The notes: generated from the sequence alone by a model not told the origin. DNA of 64,000 nt from an uncultured delta proteobacterium (GCA_963776345.1 CAVZMH010000022.1:160001-224000), one strand, 5' to 3'; shown: positions 10,249 to 20,830, numbered from the stretch's first letter. A program made the numbers and translations.

Positions 10249-12291
10249 TCACTCTGGGGTGCCCGGGTACGGACGCCGGGCGGTCGCCGTCGGGCCGCCG
10301 ATGCGGATGAGGTGGACGACCCCCCGGGCCGTACCCACCGCCAGCAGCCGGCCGTCGGGCGAGAAGGTTGCCGAGGAGGGGAAGTCGTCCTGGAGCGCGA
10401 GCGTCAGCCGCCCCGTCACCGCCCCCGAGGGCCAGCTGCGCAGCCGGAGCTCCGGGCCGTCCGCGTCCACGCTCACGTCGCCGCGCGGCGAGAGTGCCAC
10501 CGGGCCGCCGGTCCGTGCCCGGCGCGGCACCGCGTCGCGCAGCGTCGGCCGCCCCACCTCCCAGAACCCGAGCAGCTTCGACGAGGCGAGCAGCATCCGC
10601 TTCCCGTCCGGCGTGGCCTCGCACGCCGTCACCTTGCCGAGCTTGCTCCCGGCGCGCGCCAGCGGTTCGCCCTCGGCGTCGCGGAGCTGGATGCCCCCGC
10701 GCTCACCGCGGGTGACGAAGGCGCCGCCCGGCGGCACGCAGCCGCCGAGCAGCTCCTGGTCGAGGGGGAGCGTCTGGAGCCGCCGTCCGGTGCGCACCGC
10801 CACCCGCTCCAGGTGGTAGTGCCGGCTGCAGCCGATGGAGCAGCCGCTCCGGAGCAGGCTCACGCAGGACTCCTCGGCCACCGGCGCGAGCACGTTCTCG
10901 CCGTCGGACGACAGGACCAGCTCGGGCACCGTCTGGAGGCCCGCCCACCCCGACGGGTCACGGACCCCGAGCGGGCTGTCCGCCGCCGGGCGCATCAGCT
11001 CCGCCACCTGGGCCTGGGCCGAGGCGCAGGCCGGCGTGGACCGCACCGGGTCGGGTGCCGGCGGCGGCACCAGCACCGGGCCGGCCGCTCCGTCCGCCAC
11101 GCGCCAGGTGCGTACCGAGTCGTCCTCGTGCTGGGAGAGCAGCGTCTCCGAGCCGGGCGTGAAGCGGAGGTCCAGCAGCGCGCCGCCCGGGACGGCGCCC
11201 GCGAGCCGCTGCGCGCGGGTGCCCACGTCCCAGACCGACCAGACGCCCGCGGCGTCGCCGGACGCCAGCCGGGCTCCGTCGGGCGAGAACCGCAGCGCGG
11301 TCACCTCGGCGCGGTGGCCGGGCGGGGGCGAGGCCGGCGCGCCGCTGCGCGGGTCGAGCCGGACGAGGGTCGTGGAGATGGGGTCCGCCCGGTCGCGCAC
11401 CTGACCGGCCGCGGCGACCAGCACCGAGCCGTCCGCGGCGAAGAGCGCCGCGGTCACCTGCACCGGGCGGACCTCCCAGCGGATGCGACCGGTGGGCAGC
11501 TCGATGAGCCGGAGCGCGCCCGAGGTCCGCGCCTCGTCGCACTCCTCGCCGCCGGTGACGGCGGAGACGAGCGCCAGCGTGCCGTCCTCCGAGAAGGCCA
11601 GCGCCCGGAGCGATTCGCCGTCGCAAGCCCGGCCGCGCCCCCGGAGCACGTCGAGGGTGAAGCTGCCGCCCCCCCGGTCGTAGCCGCGGACGATGCCGTC
11701 CTGGCCGACGACCAGGAGTCGACCGTCCGTCGTGGGCCGGAGCGCCAGGATGCGCCCGTCCGCCGCATGGAAGCGGCTCACCTGGCCGCCGCCGAGCGGG
11801 ATGAGCTCCACGTCACCCTCCGGCGTGGCCCGGAAGGCCGCCGAGCCGTCCGGCGCGCCGGCCAGCGCGGTCGTCCCGTCCGCGCCCGGGACGGGGAGGT
11901 CTCGCGGGGGCCGCTTCCCGCTCGGGTCGCAGACCCGGAGCGCCAGCCCCTCGGCGGTCAGGAGGCGGCCGTCGGTCATCGTGGCGAGCGGCGCGGCCAG
12001 GAGACAGCCCGGAGCCCGGTCGGTGGGGAGCGCCAGACCGGCGGGGCCGATGACCGCGCGCGCACCCGGCGAGGCGACGCCGGTCTGCTGCCAGTCGGCC
12101 ACGTCCCAGAGTCGCGTGAGCCCGGCGGCGTCGATGGCCAGCACCCGGCGCGCATCGAGCGTCACCAGGGTTTGGACGCGGTTCGACGAGGCGAGGTCCG
12201 GACGGCCCAGCGTCCCGGCGGGCTCGGTGGAGATGGAGGGTGCGGCGAGCGACGACGTCGAGACGAGCGCGAGCAGGACGAAGGAACGCAC
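10249..12291 (-). CDS. exported WD40/beta-propeller repeat protein
   Basis: Signal peptide; GHRAEVTALRFSPDGARLASGD...VWDV; FSPDGRLLAVG. Confidence 0.8.
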   Translation of the reverse strand: MRSFVLLALVSTSSLAAPSISTEPAGTLGRPDLASSNRVQTLVTLDARRVLAIDAAGLTRLWDVADWQQTGVASPGARAVIGPAGLALPTDRAPGCLLAAPLATMTDGRLLTAEGLALRVCDPSGKRPPRDLPVPGADGTTALAGAPDGSAAFRATPEGDVELIPLGGGQVSRFHAADGRILALRPTTDGRLLVVGQDGIVRGYDRGGGSFTLDVLRGRGRACDGESLRALAFSEDGTLALVSAVTGGEECDEARTSGALRLIELPTGRIRWEVRPVQVTAALFAADGSVLVAAAGQVRDRADPISTTLVRLDPRSGAPASPPPGHRAEVTALRFSPDGARLASGDAAGVWSVWDVGTRAQRLAGAVPGGALLDLRFTPGSETLLSQHEDDSVRTWRVADGAAGPVLVPPPAPDPVRSTPACASAQAQVAELMRPAADSPLGVRDPSGWAGLQTVPELVLSSDGENVLAPVAEESCVSLLRSGCSIGCSRHYHLERVAVRTGRRLQTLPLDQELLGGCVPPGGAFVTRGERGGIQLRDAEGEPLARAGSKLGKVTACEATPDGKRMLLASSKLLGFWEVGRPTLRDAVPRRARTGGPVALSPRGDVSVDADGPELRLRSWPSGAVTGRLTLALQDDFPSSATFSPDGRLLAVGTARGVVHLIRIGGPTATARRPYPGTPE

Positions 12292-12720
12292 GGCGCCTCC
12301 TAGGCTAGCGGGGCCGCCCCATCAGCAAAAGGCGGGTCGGCCGCCACTCCGGACGCTCCGGCACCCCCGCTTCTTCAAGGACACGGCTCCGCCCGGCGGT
12401 TGCCGTCCGCGGGCAGTCCTGGACCGGGGGTCTGTGGTGTCCACCCCCCTTCCAGGGATTGCGGATGCTCAGCGCGTCCGGACGAGCCGCGCCTCGAGCT
12501 CCCGCCCGAGCCGGCCGGGGAAGCTGTCGGGCGCCGGGCGGAGGCGCTCCAGATGGAAGCGGTCGCCGAACAGGCCCCCGGACTCCCGGCGTTCTGCTGG
12601 ACAGCCGGTCGAGCCGCGGTCGAGAGTCCCCGGCCCCTGCGCCCGGTCAGCGTCGTGCGCCGCGGGAGACGTGGTGGCACGGCCTGGCGTGGCCCTGGCC
12701 GGCGTTGGGAGGAGCTCGCG

Positions 12721-13425
12721 ATGTTCGTCGGTCACCTGGGGGTCGGGCTCGCGCTGTCCTCCCGCTCCCGCAGCTTCCGGCTGGGGACGCTGCTCGGCGC
12801 GGCGCTCCTCCTCGACGTGCTGCTCGGGGTCTTCGTGCTCGCTGGCGTGGAGCGGGTCATCGTTCCGCCGGACTTCGCCACCGGGCACTATCTGGAATTC
12901 GTGTTCCCGTTCTCCCACGGGCTCGCCGGCACGGTGGTGTGGTCCGGGCTGGCGGCGGCCCTGGCCAGCACCGGCGGGCTGATGCTCGGCCGGGGCGCAG
13001 CTGCGGCATGGGTGGCGGCCGCGGCGGTGGCCTCGCACTTCGTCTGCGACGCGGTGGAGCACGTCCGGGGCCTTCCGTTGCTCGGGGAGACCTCGCCGCA
13101 CGTCGGCCTGGGGCTCTGGCGGTCCATGCAGTGGGCGCTGGGGCTCGAGCTGCTCCTCCTGCTGGCCGGGGCCTGGCTCTTCCTCCGGTCCCGTCCGGAC
13201 CTCCCGCGCGGGCGGCGGCTGGTGCTGCTGACGGTGCTCGTCGCGCTCACCGTCCTTCAGTTCCTCGGTCAGTCGGGCGGAGCCGCGCCGCCGCCCGCCC
13301 CGGCCCTGGCCGCAAGCTGGCTCGGAGAGACGGCGCTGCTGGTGCTGCTGGGGCTGTGGGCGGACCCTGCGCGGGCGTCCGGGCCGGTCAGCTCGCCGGC
13401 TGCGGCACCACCGGGCGGGCGCTGA
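12721..13425 (+). CDS. membrane protein of the metal-dependent hydrolase-like family
   Basis: GGAGG RBS; MFVGH, PFSHGL, SHFVCDAVEH; several TM segments. Confidence 0.7.
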   Translation: MFVGHLGVGLALSSRSRSFRLGTLLGAALLLDVLLGVFVLAGVERVIVPPDFATGHYLEFVFPFSHGLAGTVVWSGLAAALASTGGLMLGRGAAAAWVAAAAVASHFVCDAVEHVRGLPLLGETSPHVGLGLWRSMQWALGLELLLLLAGAWLFLRSRPDLPRGRRLVLLTVLVALTVLQFLGQSGGAAPPPAPALAASWLGETALLVLLGLWADPARASGPVSSPAAAPPGGR

Positions 13426-15346
13426 CCAGCACCGCCTCGGGCGAGGCCGGCGGTTTGGCCGGCGCCGGCGCGGTGTCCTTGAACCGGAACTCCACGTCCA
13501 CCACGCCGCCGTCCGGGGGCGGGACCTCGTCGGCGCCCACGTCCCGGAGGAGGGCGATCATCGCCGAGTTGACGGCGAGCACGTCGGCCCGGAGCCCCTT
13601 GAGCCCGTGCGCCCGGCCCACCTCGATCATCCGTCTCATGAGCGCAGTGCCCACGCCCTTCCTCTGCCAGGCGTCGGCGATGACGATGCCCAGCTCCCCG
13701 ATGCCGCTGACCGGATCGAGGTCGTAGCGGGTGATGCCGAGCAGCGTGCCGTCCTCGGGCACCTCGGCGACGAAGGCGCAGCCGCGCTGCGGGTCGGCGT
13801 CGAGCATGGCCTGGATCTCGTCGCGCGGGTAGCGGGTCCGCAGGTGGTGGTAGCGCGTGTAGACCGACTCGGGCGACAGCCCGTACAGCAGTTCCTGGAC
13901 CTTGGCCTCGTCGGTGAGGCGGGCGGCGCGCACGCGGATTTCCCTGCCGTCCTTGAGGTTCTCCATCCAGGAGCGCACATCGAGCGGCGGGCGCGGCACC
14001 GGCTGGTCCTGGAACACCCAGCGGCGCTGCTTCGCCGCGGCGAGCAGCTCCGCCCGGTGGTCCGGGTGGGCGATGGCGGTCAGGGCCAGCGCGCGCTCGC
14101 GCACCGACTTGCCCCACAGGTCCGCCACCCCGTACTCGGTGACCACGAAGCGCACGTCGCCGCGGCTGGTCACCACCGCCGAGCCCTGGGGCAGGGTGGG
14201 CTGGATGCGGCTCACGGTGTCGCCGCGGGCGAGGGAGGGGAGGACGATGAGCGCGCGCCCCCCGTAGCTCCGCGACGCGCCGCGGACGAAGTCCACCTGG
14301 CCGCCGATGCCCGAGTAGAAGCTGCCGTCGAGCGTGTCCGCCGCGACCTGGCCGGTGAGGTCCACCGCCAGCGCGGTGTTGATCGACACCATCCGGACGT
14401 TCTGGGAGATGACGTACGGGTCGTTGACCCACTCGCTCCCGCGGAGCTCGAGGTCGCGGTTCTCGTGCGCCCACTCGTACAGCGCGCGGGTGCCCATCAG
14501 GAAGCTGGCGACCATCTTCCCCGGGGCGAGCGTCTTCCGGAGCCCGTTGACCACGCCGAGCCGGGCCAGCTCCATCACCCCGTCGGAGAGCATCTCGGTG
14601 TGGATGCCGAGGTCGCGGTGGTTCTTCAGGGAGGAGAGCACCGCGGTGGGGACCTCGCCGATGCCGATCTGCAGCGTCGCGGCGTCCGGGATCAGGTCCG
14701 CCACCAGCTCGCCGATCGCCCGGCTCACGTCGTCGGCCGCCGCCGGGTGGCGCTCGGGGAGCGGCGTGTCCACGGCGACGAGGTGCTTGCACCGCCGGAT
14801 GTCGAGCAGGGTGTCCCCGGGCGTCCGCGGCATGCGCGGGTTCACCTCGGCGAGGATGAGGCGGGCCGAGTCCACCGCGGCCCGGACGATGTCCACCGAG
14901 ACGCCGAGCGACACCATCCCGTGCGCGTCGGGCGGGCTCACCTGGATGAGGACCGCGTCCACCGGCAGGCGGCTGGACTTCAGGAGGTGCGGAATCTCCG
15001 AAAGGAACACCGGGGTGAAGTCGGCCCGGCCCTCGCGGACCGCGTCACGGACGTTGGCCCCGATGAAGAACGCGTTGTGCCGGAAGCGGCCCTCGCAGGC
15101 GGCCGCGGTGTAGGGCGCGGGCCCCAGGGTCATGAGGTGGACCAGCTCGTTGTCCGAGAGCTGCCAGGCGGAGTCCACCATGGCCTGGACCAGCCGGGTG
15201 GGCTCGGCGGCCCCGGACCCGATGAGGATGCGGCGGCCCGGCCGGAGCGCCCGGACTGCCTGCTCGGGCGTGGTGAGAAGGCGCGCCCAGCGCGTTCGCC
15301 ACTCCGGGTCGGGTTCGGCGCGGAAGCCGTTTTCCAGTTCTGACAC
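13388..15346 (-). CDS. acetyl-CoA hydrolase/CoA-transferase fused to a C-terminal GNAT acetyltransferase
   Basis: TLQIGIG, DLGIHTEM, SGIGGQVDFVRGA, VVTEYGVADL; C-terminal WQRKGVGTALM. Confidence 0.88.
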   Translation of the reverse strand: MSELENGFRAEPDPEWRTRWARLLTTPEQAVRALRPGRRILIGSGAAEPTRLVQAMVDSAWQLSDNELVHLMTLGPAPYTAAACEGRFRHNAFFIGANVRDAVREGRADFTPVFLSEIPHLLKSSRLPVDAVLIQVSPPDAHGMVSLGVSVDIVRAAVDSARLILAEVNPRMPRTPGDTLLDIRRCKHLVAVDTPLPERHPAAADDVSRAIGELVADLIPDAATLQIGIGEVPTAVLSSLKNHRDLGIHTEMLSDGVMELARLGVVNGLRKTLAPGKMVASFLMGTRALYEWAHENRDLELRGSEWVNDPYVISQNVRMVSINTALAVDLTGQVAADTLDGSFYSGIGGQVDFVRGASRSYGGRALIVLPSLARGDTVSRIQPTLPQGSAVVTSRGDVRFVVTEYGVADLWGKSVRERALALTAIAHPDHRAELLAAAKQRRWVFQDQPVPRPPLDVRSWMENLKDGREIRVRAARLTDEAKVQELLYGLSPESVYTRYHHLRTRYPRDEIQAMLDADPQRGCAFVAEVPEDGTLLGITRYDLDPVSGIGELGIVIADAWQRKGVGTALMRRMIEVGRAHGLKGLRADVLAVNSAMIALLRDVGADEVPPPDGGVVDVEFRFKDTAPAPAKPPASPEAVLVSARPVVPQPAS

Positions 15347-15490
15347 AGTGCAGCAATTCTAGCAGGCGAGGGGGGGAGCGGCCTGCCGGGCAGGTTCTAA
15401 CGCCAATGCGGGGCCCTCATCGTGGCGCCAGAGACCCCACCCTGGATCCCGAGAAATCCCGAGGACTTGCGCGCTCACCGCGCGAGGTCC

Positions 15491-15636
15491 GCTCGCGAGC
15501 GACTCGCTCTTTACGAGGTGTCTGACACCTCGACAGGGTCCGCTTACGAGGTGTCTGACACCTCGACAGGCCTCGACAGACACCTCGACAGACACCTCGA
15601 CAGCGACACCTCGACAGCTCGCGAGCGACTCGCTCT
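15491..15636. repeat. compound REP-like element: 20-bp direct repeats flanking two 19-bp palindromes and GACACCTCGACA tandem units
   Basis: GCTCGCGAGCGACTCGCTCT at 15491-15510 and 15617-15636; CGAGGTGTC-T-GACACCTCG at 15514-15532 and 15547-15565. Confidence 0.85.
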
Positions 15637-15675
15637 GGCACCCGGCGCCGGCGGCTCGCGCTGACCGTCCGTCGC

Positions 15676-15888
15676 TCAGCGGTCCGGCTTGGTCCGCTCC
15701 GCCTCGAGCTCGAGCATCATCTCCAGCGCCTGGCCCTCGGCGAGGTGCTCCAGCACGTCCAGGTTGCGGATGACCTCCTCGTCCTCCGCGCTCCTTGCCG
15801 CGGGCGGCGCGGGGACGGCCCCGTCCCGAGCTCCGGGGGTGCCTGCATCGACCGAGAGGAGGAACAGGACCGCGAACAGTCCTGTCAC
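15676..15888 (-). CDS. small exported protein (70 aa) of the ECF module
   Basis: GTGA overlap with the upstream stop; hydrophobic N-terminus, acidic helix EDEEVIRNLDVLEHL. Confidence 0.6.
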   Translation of the reverse strand: MTGLFAVLFLLSVDAGTPGARDGAVPAPPAARSAEDEEVIRNLDVLEHLAEGQALEMMLELEAERTKPDR

Positions 15889-16379
15889 CGCCCCCGCCTC
15901 TCCCGCATCTCGCGCAGGCGCTGGCGCATCTGCTCGCGCTGCTCGCGCGACATGGACCTCCACTCGCGGAGGTTCTCCAGCATCTGGCGACGACGCTCGG
16001 GGTTGGCCTGGAGGTACTCGCGCATGCTCTGGCGGAGGTCCTGCCGCTGCTCGGGGGACAGCTTCTGGAACTCGCGCCACTGGGTGAGGACCTTCTGCCG
16101 CTCGTCTGGCGAGAGCCGCTGGAAGGCCTCGAGGTTCTGCCGCACCCGGGCCTGCTCCTTCGGCGGGAGCGCACGCCAGCGGGACACGTTGGCCTGGATC
16201 CGCGCCTGCTCGTCGAGGGGCAGGGCCTTGTACTGCCGGAGCCGCTCGCGCAGCGCGGCCTTCTCCTGCTCGCTCATCCGGTCGAACCGCGCCGCCGCGT
16301 CCTCCGGAGGCGTGGGCTGAGCCTGGGACCAGGCCGGCCTCGCGCAGAGCAGGCACACCGCCAGGAGCCAGGTCCTCAT
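15885..16379 (-). CDS. DUF3106-like exported helical-repeat protein
   Basis: Signal peptide; repeats WRALPPKEQ, FQRLSPDER, FQKLSPEQR, WRSMSREQR. Confidence 0.8.
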   Translation of the reverse strand: MRTWLLAVCLLCARPAWSQAQPTPPEDAAARFDRMSEQEKAALRERLRQYKALPLDEQARIQANVSRWRALPPKEQARVRQNLEAFQRLSPDERQKVLTQWREFQKLSPEQRQDLRQSMREYLQANPERRRQMLENLREWRSMSREQREQMRQRLREMRERRGR

Positions 16380-16843
16380 GGCCGCCCCTCCTTCTGGAGC
16401 TGGTCGAGCTGCTCCACCACCTCGAGGTCGTCCGGGGCCAGTCCCACCACCTCGTAGTCGCTGAGCAGCTCGTAGTGCTCGGCCACCGCGAGCTCCATCC
16501 GCTGCTCGGCCCGCTCCGCCACCGTCCGCTGCCCCACCACCACCACCACCACCGCCGCCGCAGCGAGCGCCGGGGCGAGGACCCCGGGCCGGAGCCACTG
16601 GCGGAGCCGCTCGGGCCAGGGGCGCGGAAGGGCGTCCACCTCGGCCAGCACGCGGCGGCGCAGCCCCGGGGATGGCTCGAAGGCCGGGAGCGTGGCGAGC
16701 TCGGTCAGGGTCCGGTTGAGCAGGGCCTCCGTGGCCCGGCAATCGGAGCAGGAGCTCAGGTGGTCACGCACCCGCGCCGCCTCGACGGCGGACAGCTCGC
16801 CGTCCAGGTATGCGGTCAACTCGTCCTCCACGGTGCAGCTCAT
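16376..16843 (-). CDS. zf-HC2 transmembrane anti-sigma factor
   Basis: LTAYLDGELS...HLSSCSDC (HxxxCxxC); one TM helix. Confidence 0.88.
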   Translation of the reverse strand: MSCTVEDELTAYLDGELSAVEAARVRDHLSSCSDCRATEALLNRTLTELATLPAFEPSPGLRRRVLAEVDALPRPWPERLRQWLRPGVLAPALAAAAVVVVVVGQRTVAERAEQRMELAVAEHYELLSDYEVVGLAPDDLEVVEQLDQLQKEGRP

Positions 16844-17442
16844 GCCTCGCTCCTCGCCGGGGCGTGCGCTCCGGCCTGCCATGCTTCCACCGCCCGGGCG
16901 ACCGAGAGGGTCGCGCGGTGGATGAGACTCTTCACTGCCGCCTCGCTCGCCGAGAGCACCTCGGCGATGTCGCGGTACGCCATCCCCTCGAACCGGCAGA
17001 GGGTGAAGGCCGTCCGCTCCCGCTCGCTCAGCCGCTGGAGCGCCGCCGCCACCGTGACCTCCAGCTCTCGCCCCTCCGCCGCGCGCTCGGGCGACTGGGC
17101 GTCGGGGGCGGGAGTGTCCACGGGGCGGCCCTCCTCGCCTTCCTCCGCCACGTGCGAGACCCGGTACTCGCCGCGCCGGACCTCGTTCAGGCAGTGGTTC
17201 GCCGCCACCCGGAAGAGGAAGGTCTTGAAGCGCGCGGTGGGCCGGTAGCGGCCTGCATGTCGGTACAGCTTCACGAAGATGTCCTGCGTCAGCTCCTCTG
17301 CCCTTCCGGCGTCCTGGACGAAGCGATGGGCGAAGCGGGCCACCGACCGGTGGTGCCGGTCGTAGAGCGCGGCGAAGGCGGCGGTGTCGCCGGCCGCCAC
17401 CCGGAGCATCAGCGCCGCGTCCTCGTCCGTTGGTTCATCCAC
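16840..17442 (-). CDS. ECF RNA polymerase sigma factor
   Basis: AEELTQDIFVKLY, FKTFLFRVAANHCLN, YRDIAEVL...AVKSLIHRA; start approximate. Confidence 0.9.
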   Translation of the reverse strand: MDEPTDEDAALMLRVAAGDTAAFAALYDRHHRSVARFAHRFVQDAGRAEELTQDIFVKLYRHAGRYRPTARFKTFLFRVAANHCLNEVRRGEYRVSHVAEEGEEGRPVDTPAPDAQSPERAAEGRELEVTVAAALQRLSERERTAFTLCRFEGMAYRDIAEVLSASEAAVKSLIHRATLSVARAVEAWQAGAHAPARSEA

Positions 17443-17555
17443 GGGCACTGGATGTGAACACGACTGTGCCCCCGGCAGTTGCGGGCCCGGGGTGGCGGGG
17501 AGCTGGCAGGTCGCGTGGCCCCCGCATCGCCCTCCTGGTAAGGAGAGCGGCACCG

Positions 17556-18215
17556 GTGGAACGACAGCACGAGGCGCACATCGCCCCCGGTCCTGTCCGG
17601 GAGCTCGAGGCCGTGGTGCCGCAGGACCCACTCGAGGGCGCGCTGGCCTCGGCGCGGGCCCCGGGCGCGGACGCCGGCGCGCGGCGGGCGTTCGTGGGCC
17701 GGCTCGCCACCTTGGACCTCGGGAGCCCCCGGGCCACGGCCGACCGCCTCCAGGAATTGCTCGCCTCCGGGGAGCTCACGACCCTCCGGGCCTCCGACGG
17801 GACCTCGGCCCGCGCCGTGGCCGTGGAGCGCCTGCTCGCCCTCGGCTATCCCTACGCCCTGGAGGTGACCCCGGAGGACCTGGCCCACTGGCGGCACGAA
17901 CGCCCGTCCGAGGCGACCGACGGGCGCGGCCTCGCGGTGCTGGTGATGACGGTGGCCGCCTGCCTCTCGCTGTGGGGGCTGTCCGATCCGCCCACGGGCC
18001 TGGGGCTCGCGTCGGTGCTGGCGCTGGAGGCCGTGACGGTCGCCGGGGCGGTCCGTCCATCGCTTCGGGGCTGGGCGCGGCGGGCGGTGTTCGCCCTGGG
18101 CGTCTTCGCCTGCGTGCTGGGGTTCCGCTACGGGGTCGGGACGCTGCTCCCCGGTGTCGCCGGGCTCCTCACCGCGCGCTTCATCTGGCCCAGAGGTGTC
18201 AGGGGGGTCGACTAG
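17556..18215 (+). CDS. hypothetical membrane protein
   Basis: AGGAG before GTG 17556; LLALGYPYALEVTPEDL then ~4 TM segments. Confidence 0.6.
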   Translation: MERQHEAHIAPGPVRELEAVVPQDPLEGALASARAPGADAGARRAFVGRLATLDLGSPRATADRLQELLASGELTTLRASDGTSARAVAVERLLALGYPYALEVTPEDLAHWRHERPSEATDGRGLAVLVMTVAACLSLWGLSDPPTGLGLASVLALEAVTVAGAVRPSLRGWARRAVFALGVFACVLGFRYGVGTLLPGVAGLLTARFIWPRGVRGVD

Positions 18216-18234
18216 GAGATCGGCCTCGGCCATA

Positions 18235-18251
18235 CTGAAACAGCGTTCAGG
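18235..18251 (+). promoter_or_regulatory. Myxococcus-type LexA (SOS) box overlapping the recA2 -10 element
   Basis: CTGAAACAGCGTTCAGG matches 15/17 positions of CTRHAMRYBYGTTCAGS; candidate promoter TCGACT-N17-CATACT at 18208-18236. Confidence 0.7.
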
Positions 18252-18278
18252 TCCGCGCAAAGCGAGGTCCAGGCACCG

Positions 18279-19349
<1,071 letters not shown>

Positions 19350-19462
19350 CCTCCCGGGGGCCGACCGGGCCCGGGACGTCCACGCCGCCAGCCGCGCGCG
19401 CTTGAACTGTTCGGCTGCCGGGGGTTAGAGCAACTCCTGACGAGGGGTGGGGCGCAGGAGTC

Positions 19463-20830
19463 ATGGCTTTCGGTCAGTCCGGCTGGTTCACCGCGCTGCT
19501 GGAGCAGGAGCTGGCGCAGCACCAGCCGCTGGTCGACGCCCGCGCTCCGGGGAGCCCCCGCGCGCGCGCCCGGGCCCACGTCCGGGTGGTGCTCCACGAC
19601 AGCGGGCTCCTCTACGGCACCCCGGAGAAGGTGGAGATTCCGGACGGCCTGACGCGCGAGGAGCAGCTGTCGCTCGCCGTCCTGCGCACCCTGGTGCGGC
19701 TGGCGCTGGACCTGGCGGACATCGCCGGGCTGGGGCCGGAGCGCCGGGTGGAGCGGCTCACCATCCTCTTCGCCGCCTGGAGCGGACATCTCCGCCTCGC
19801 CGAGACGCTCCAGACGTCGCTCCGGAGCACCGGCGCGCTGCCACGCCGGAGCGTGGCGCGGCTCGAGTCGCTGCTCGAGGACCGGGCGATGTCGCTCGGG
19901 GCCGACCCGCTCTACGGGCTCCTCCTCCACAACGGCGCGGCATACGTCGACGCGCAGCTCTTCGCCCACCTCTCGCTCGCCGCGTGGCTGCACACCTCGC
20001 TTGGCCTCGAGCAGGCGCGCCGGCGCCTGGCGGTGGCGGCGCAGCAGAAGGCGCTCCTGGTCGAGGTGCTGACCGCGCTGGCCTGCGCCGAGCGGCCGCC
20101 GTCGCCGTCGGCGCGCCGGGCCATCCTCCGGCAGGTCGACGAGCTCGGGCTCCCCAAGCCGGTGGGCCCGGTGCTCCGTGCGCGGGTGAAGGAGGTCTTC
20201 CGCGAGCGACCGGACCTCGACGTGCTGGTCCGCCCGGTGCGGAGCCTGCCCCTGCGGCGCTTCATCCTCCAGCAGACCTTGCTCGCCTCCCTGGTGGAGG
20301 GGCGGCGTTCACCGGCCGAGCTGGCCTTCCTCCGGGCGCTGGCGCGGGCGCTCCGCATCTCCCCGGATGCGCTCCGGGAGATCGAGGGCGCGGTGGCCGA
20401 GTTCTACGCCGAGCACCGCCAGGTGCTCGACGTCTTCACCGTGAGCGACAACGCCGCCTCGCTCGGCGAGGAGTGGGTGAGCAACATGCTGCGCTCGCTG
20501 GACGACAACGTCCGGGCGCTGCTGCTCGAGGCCCGGATGATGGGCGAGCTGGGGGTGTTCCTCGGCAAGCTGGCCATCGGCCAGTCCCTCGCCGCGGACG
20601 AGCGCCGGCGGATGAAGCTCGAGCTGGTCGACCTGGCGAAGGCCATCCCCGCGCTGGCCATCTTCGCCGCGCCCGGAGGGGTGCTCCTGCTCGCGGCGCT
20701 GGCCAAGGTGCTGCCCTTCAGCCTGCTCCCCAGCGCGTTCCATGCTCCCCGCCGGCCGGCGCTGGCCGCCGAGGCGGCCAGCGCCGAGGGTGCGGTCAGG
20801 CTTGCTCCCCCCGGCGACGCACCTCGGTGA
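19463..20830 (+). CDS. hypothetical protein with a LETM1-like C-terminal segment
   Basis: AGGAG RBS; LVDLAKAIPALAIFAAPGGVLLL...LLPSAF. Confidence 0.6.
   Translation: MAFGQSGWFTALLEQELAQHQPLVDARAPGSPRARARAHVRVVLHDSGLLYGTPEKVEIPDGLTREEQLSLAVLRTLVRLALDLADIAGLGPERRVERLTILFAAWSGHLRLAETLQTSLRSTGALPRRSVARLESLLEDRAMSLGADPLYGLLLHNGAAYVDAQLFAHLSLAAWLHTSLGLEQARRRLAVAAQQKALLVEVLTALACAERPPSPSARRAILRQVDELGLPKPVGPVLRARVKEVFRERPDLDVLVRPVRSLPLRRFILQQTLLASLVEGRRSPAELAFLRALARALRISPDALREIEGAVAEFYAEHRQVLDVFTVSDNAASLGEEWVSNMLRSLDDNVRALLLEARMMGELGVFLGKLAIGQSLAADERRRMKLELVDLAKAIPALAIFAAPGGVLLLAALAKVLPFSLLPSAFHAPRRPALAAEAASAEGAVRLAPPGDAPR

Noticed and set aside
15511..15616. CRISPR array
   Set aside because: Only two 27-bp copies separated by 6 bp, no unique spacers and no cas genes.
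17457..17482. ECF autoregulatory promoter (minus-strand GCAAC...CGTGTT)
   Set aside because: Spacing is ambiguous and I found no second copy to support it.
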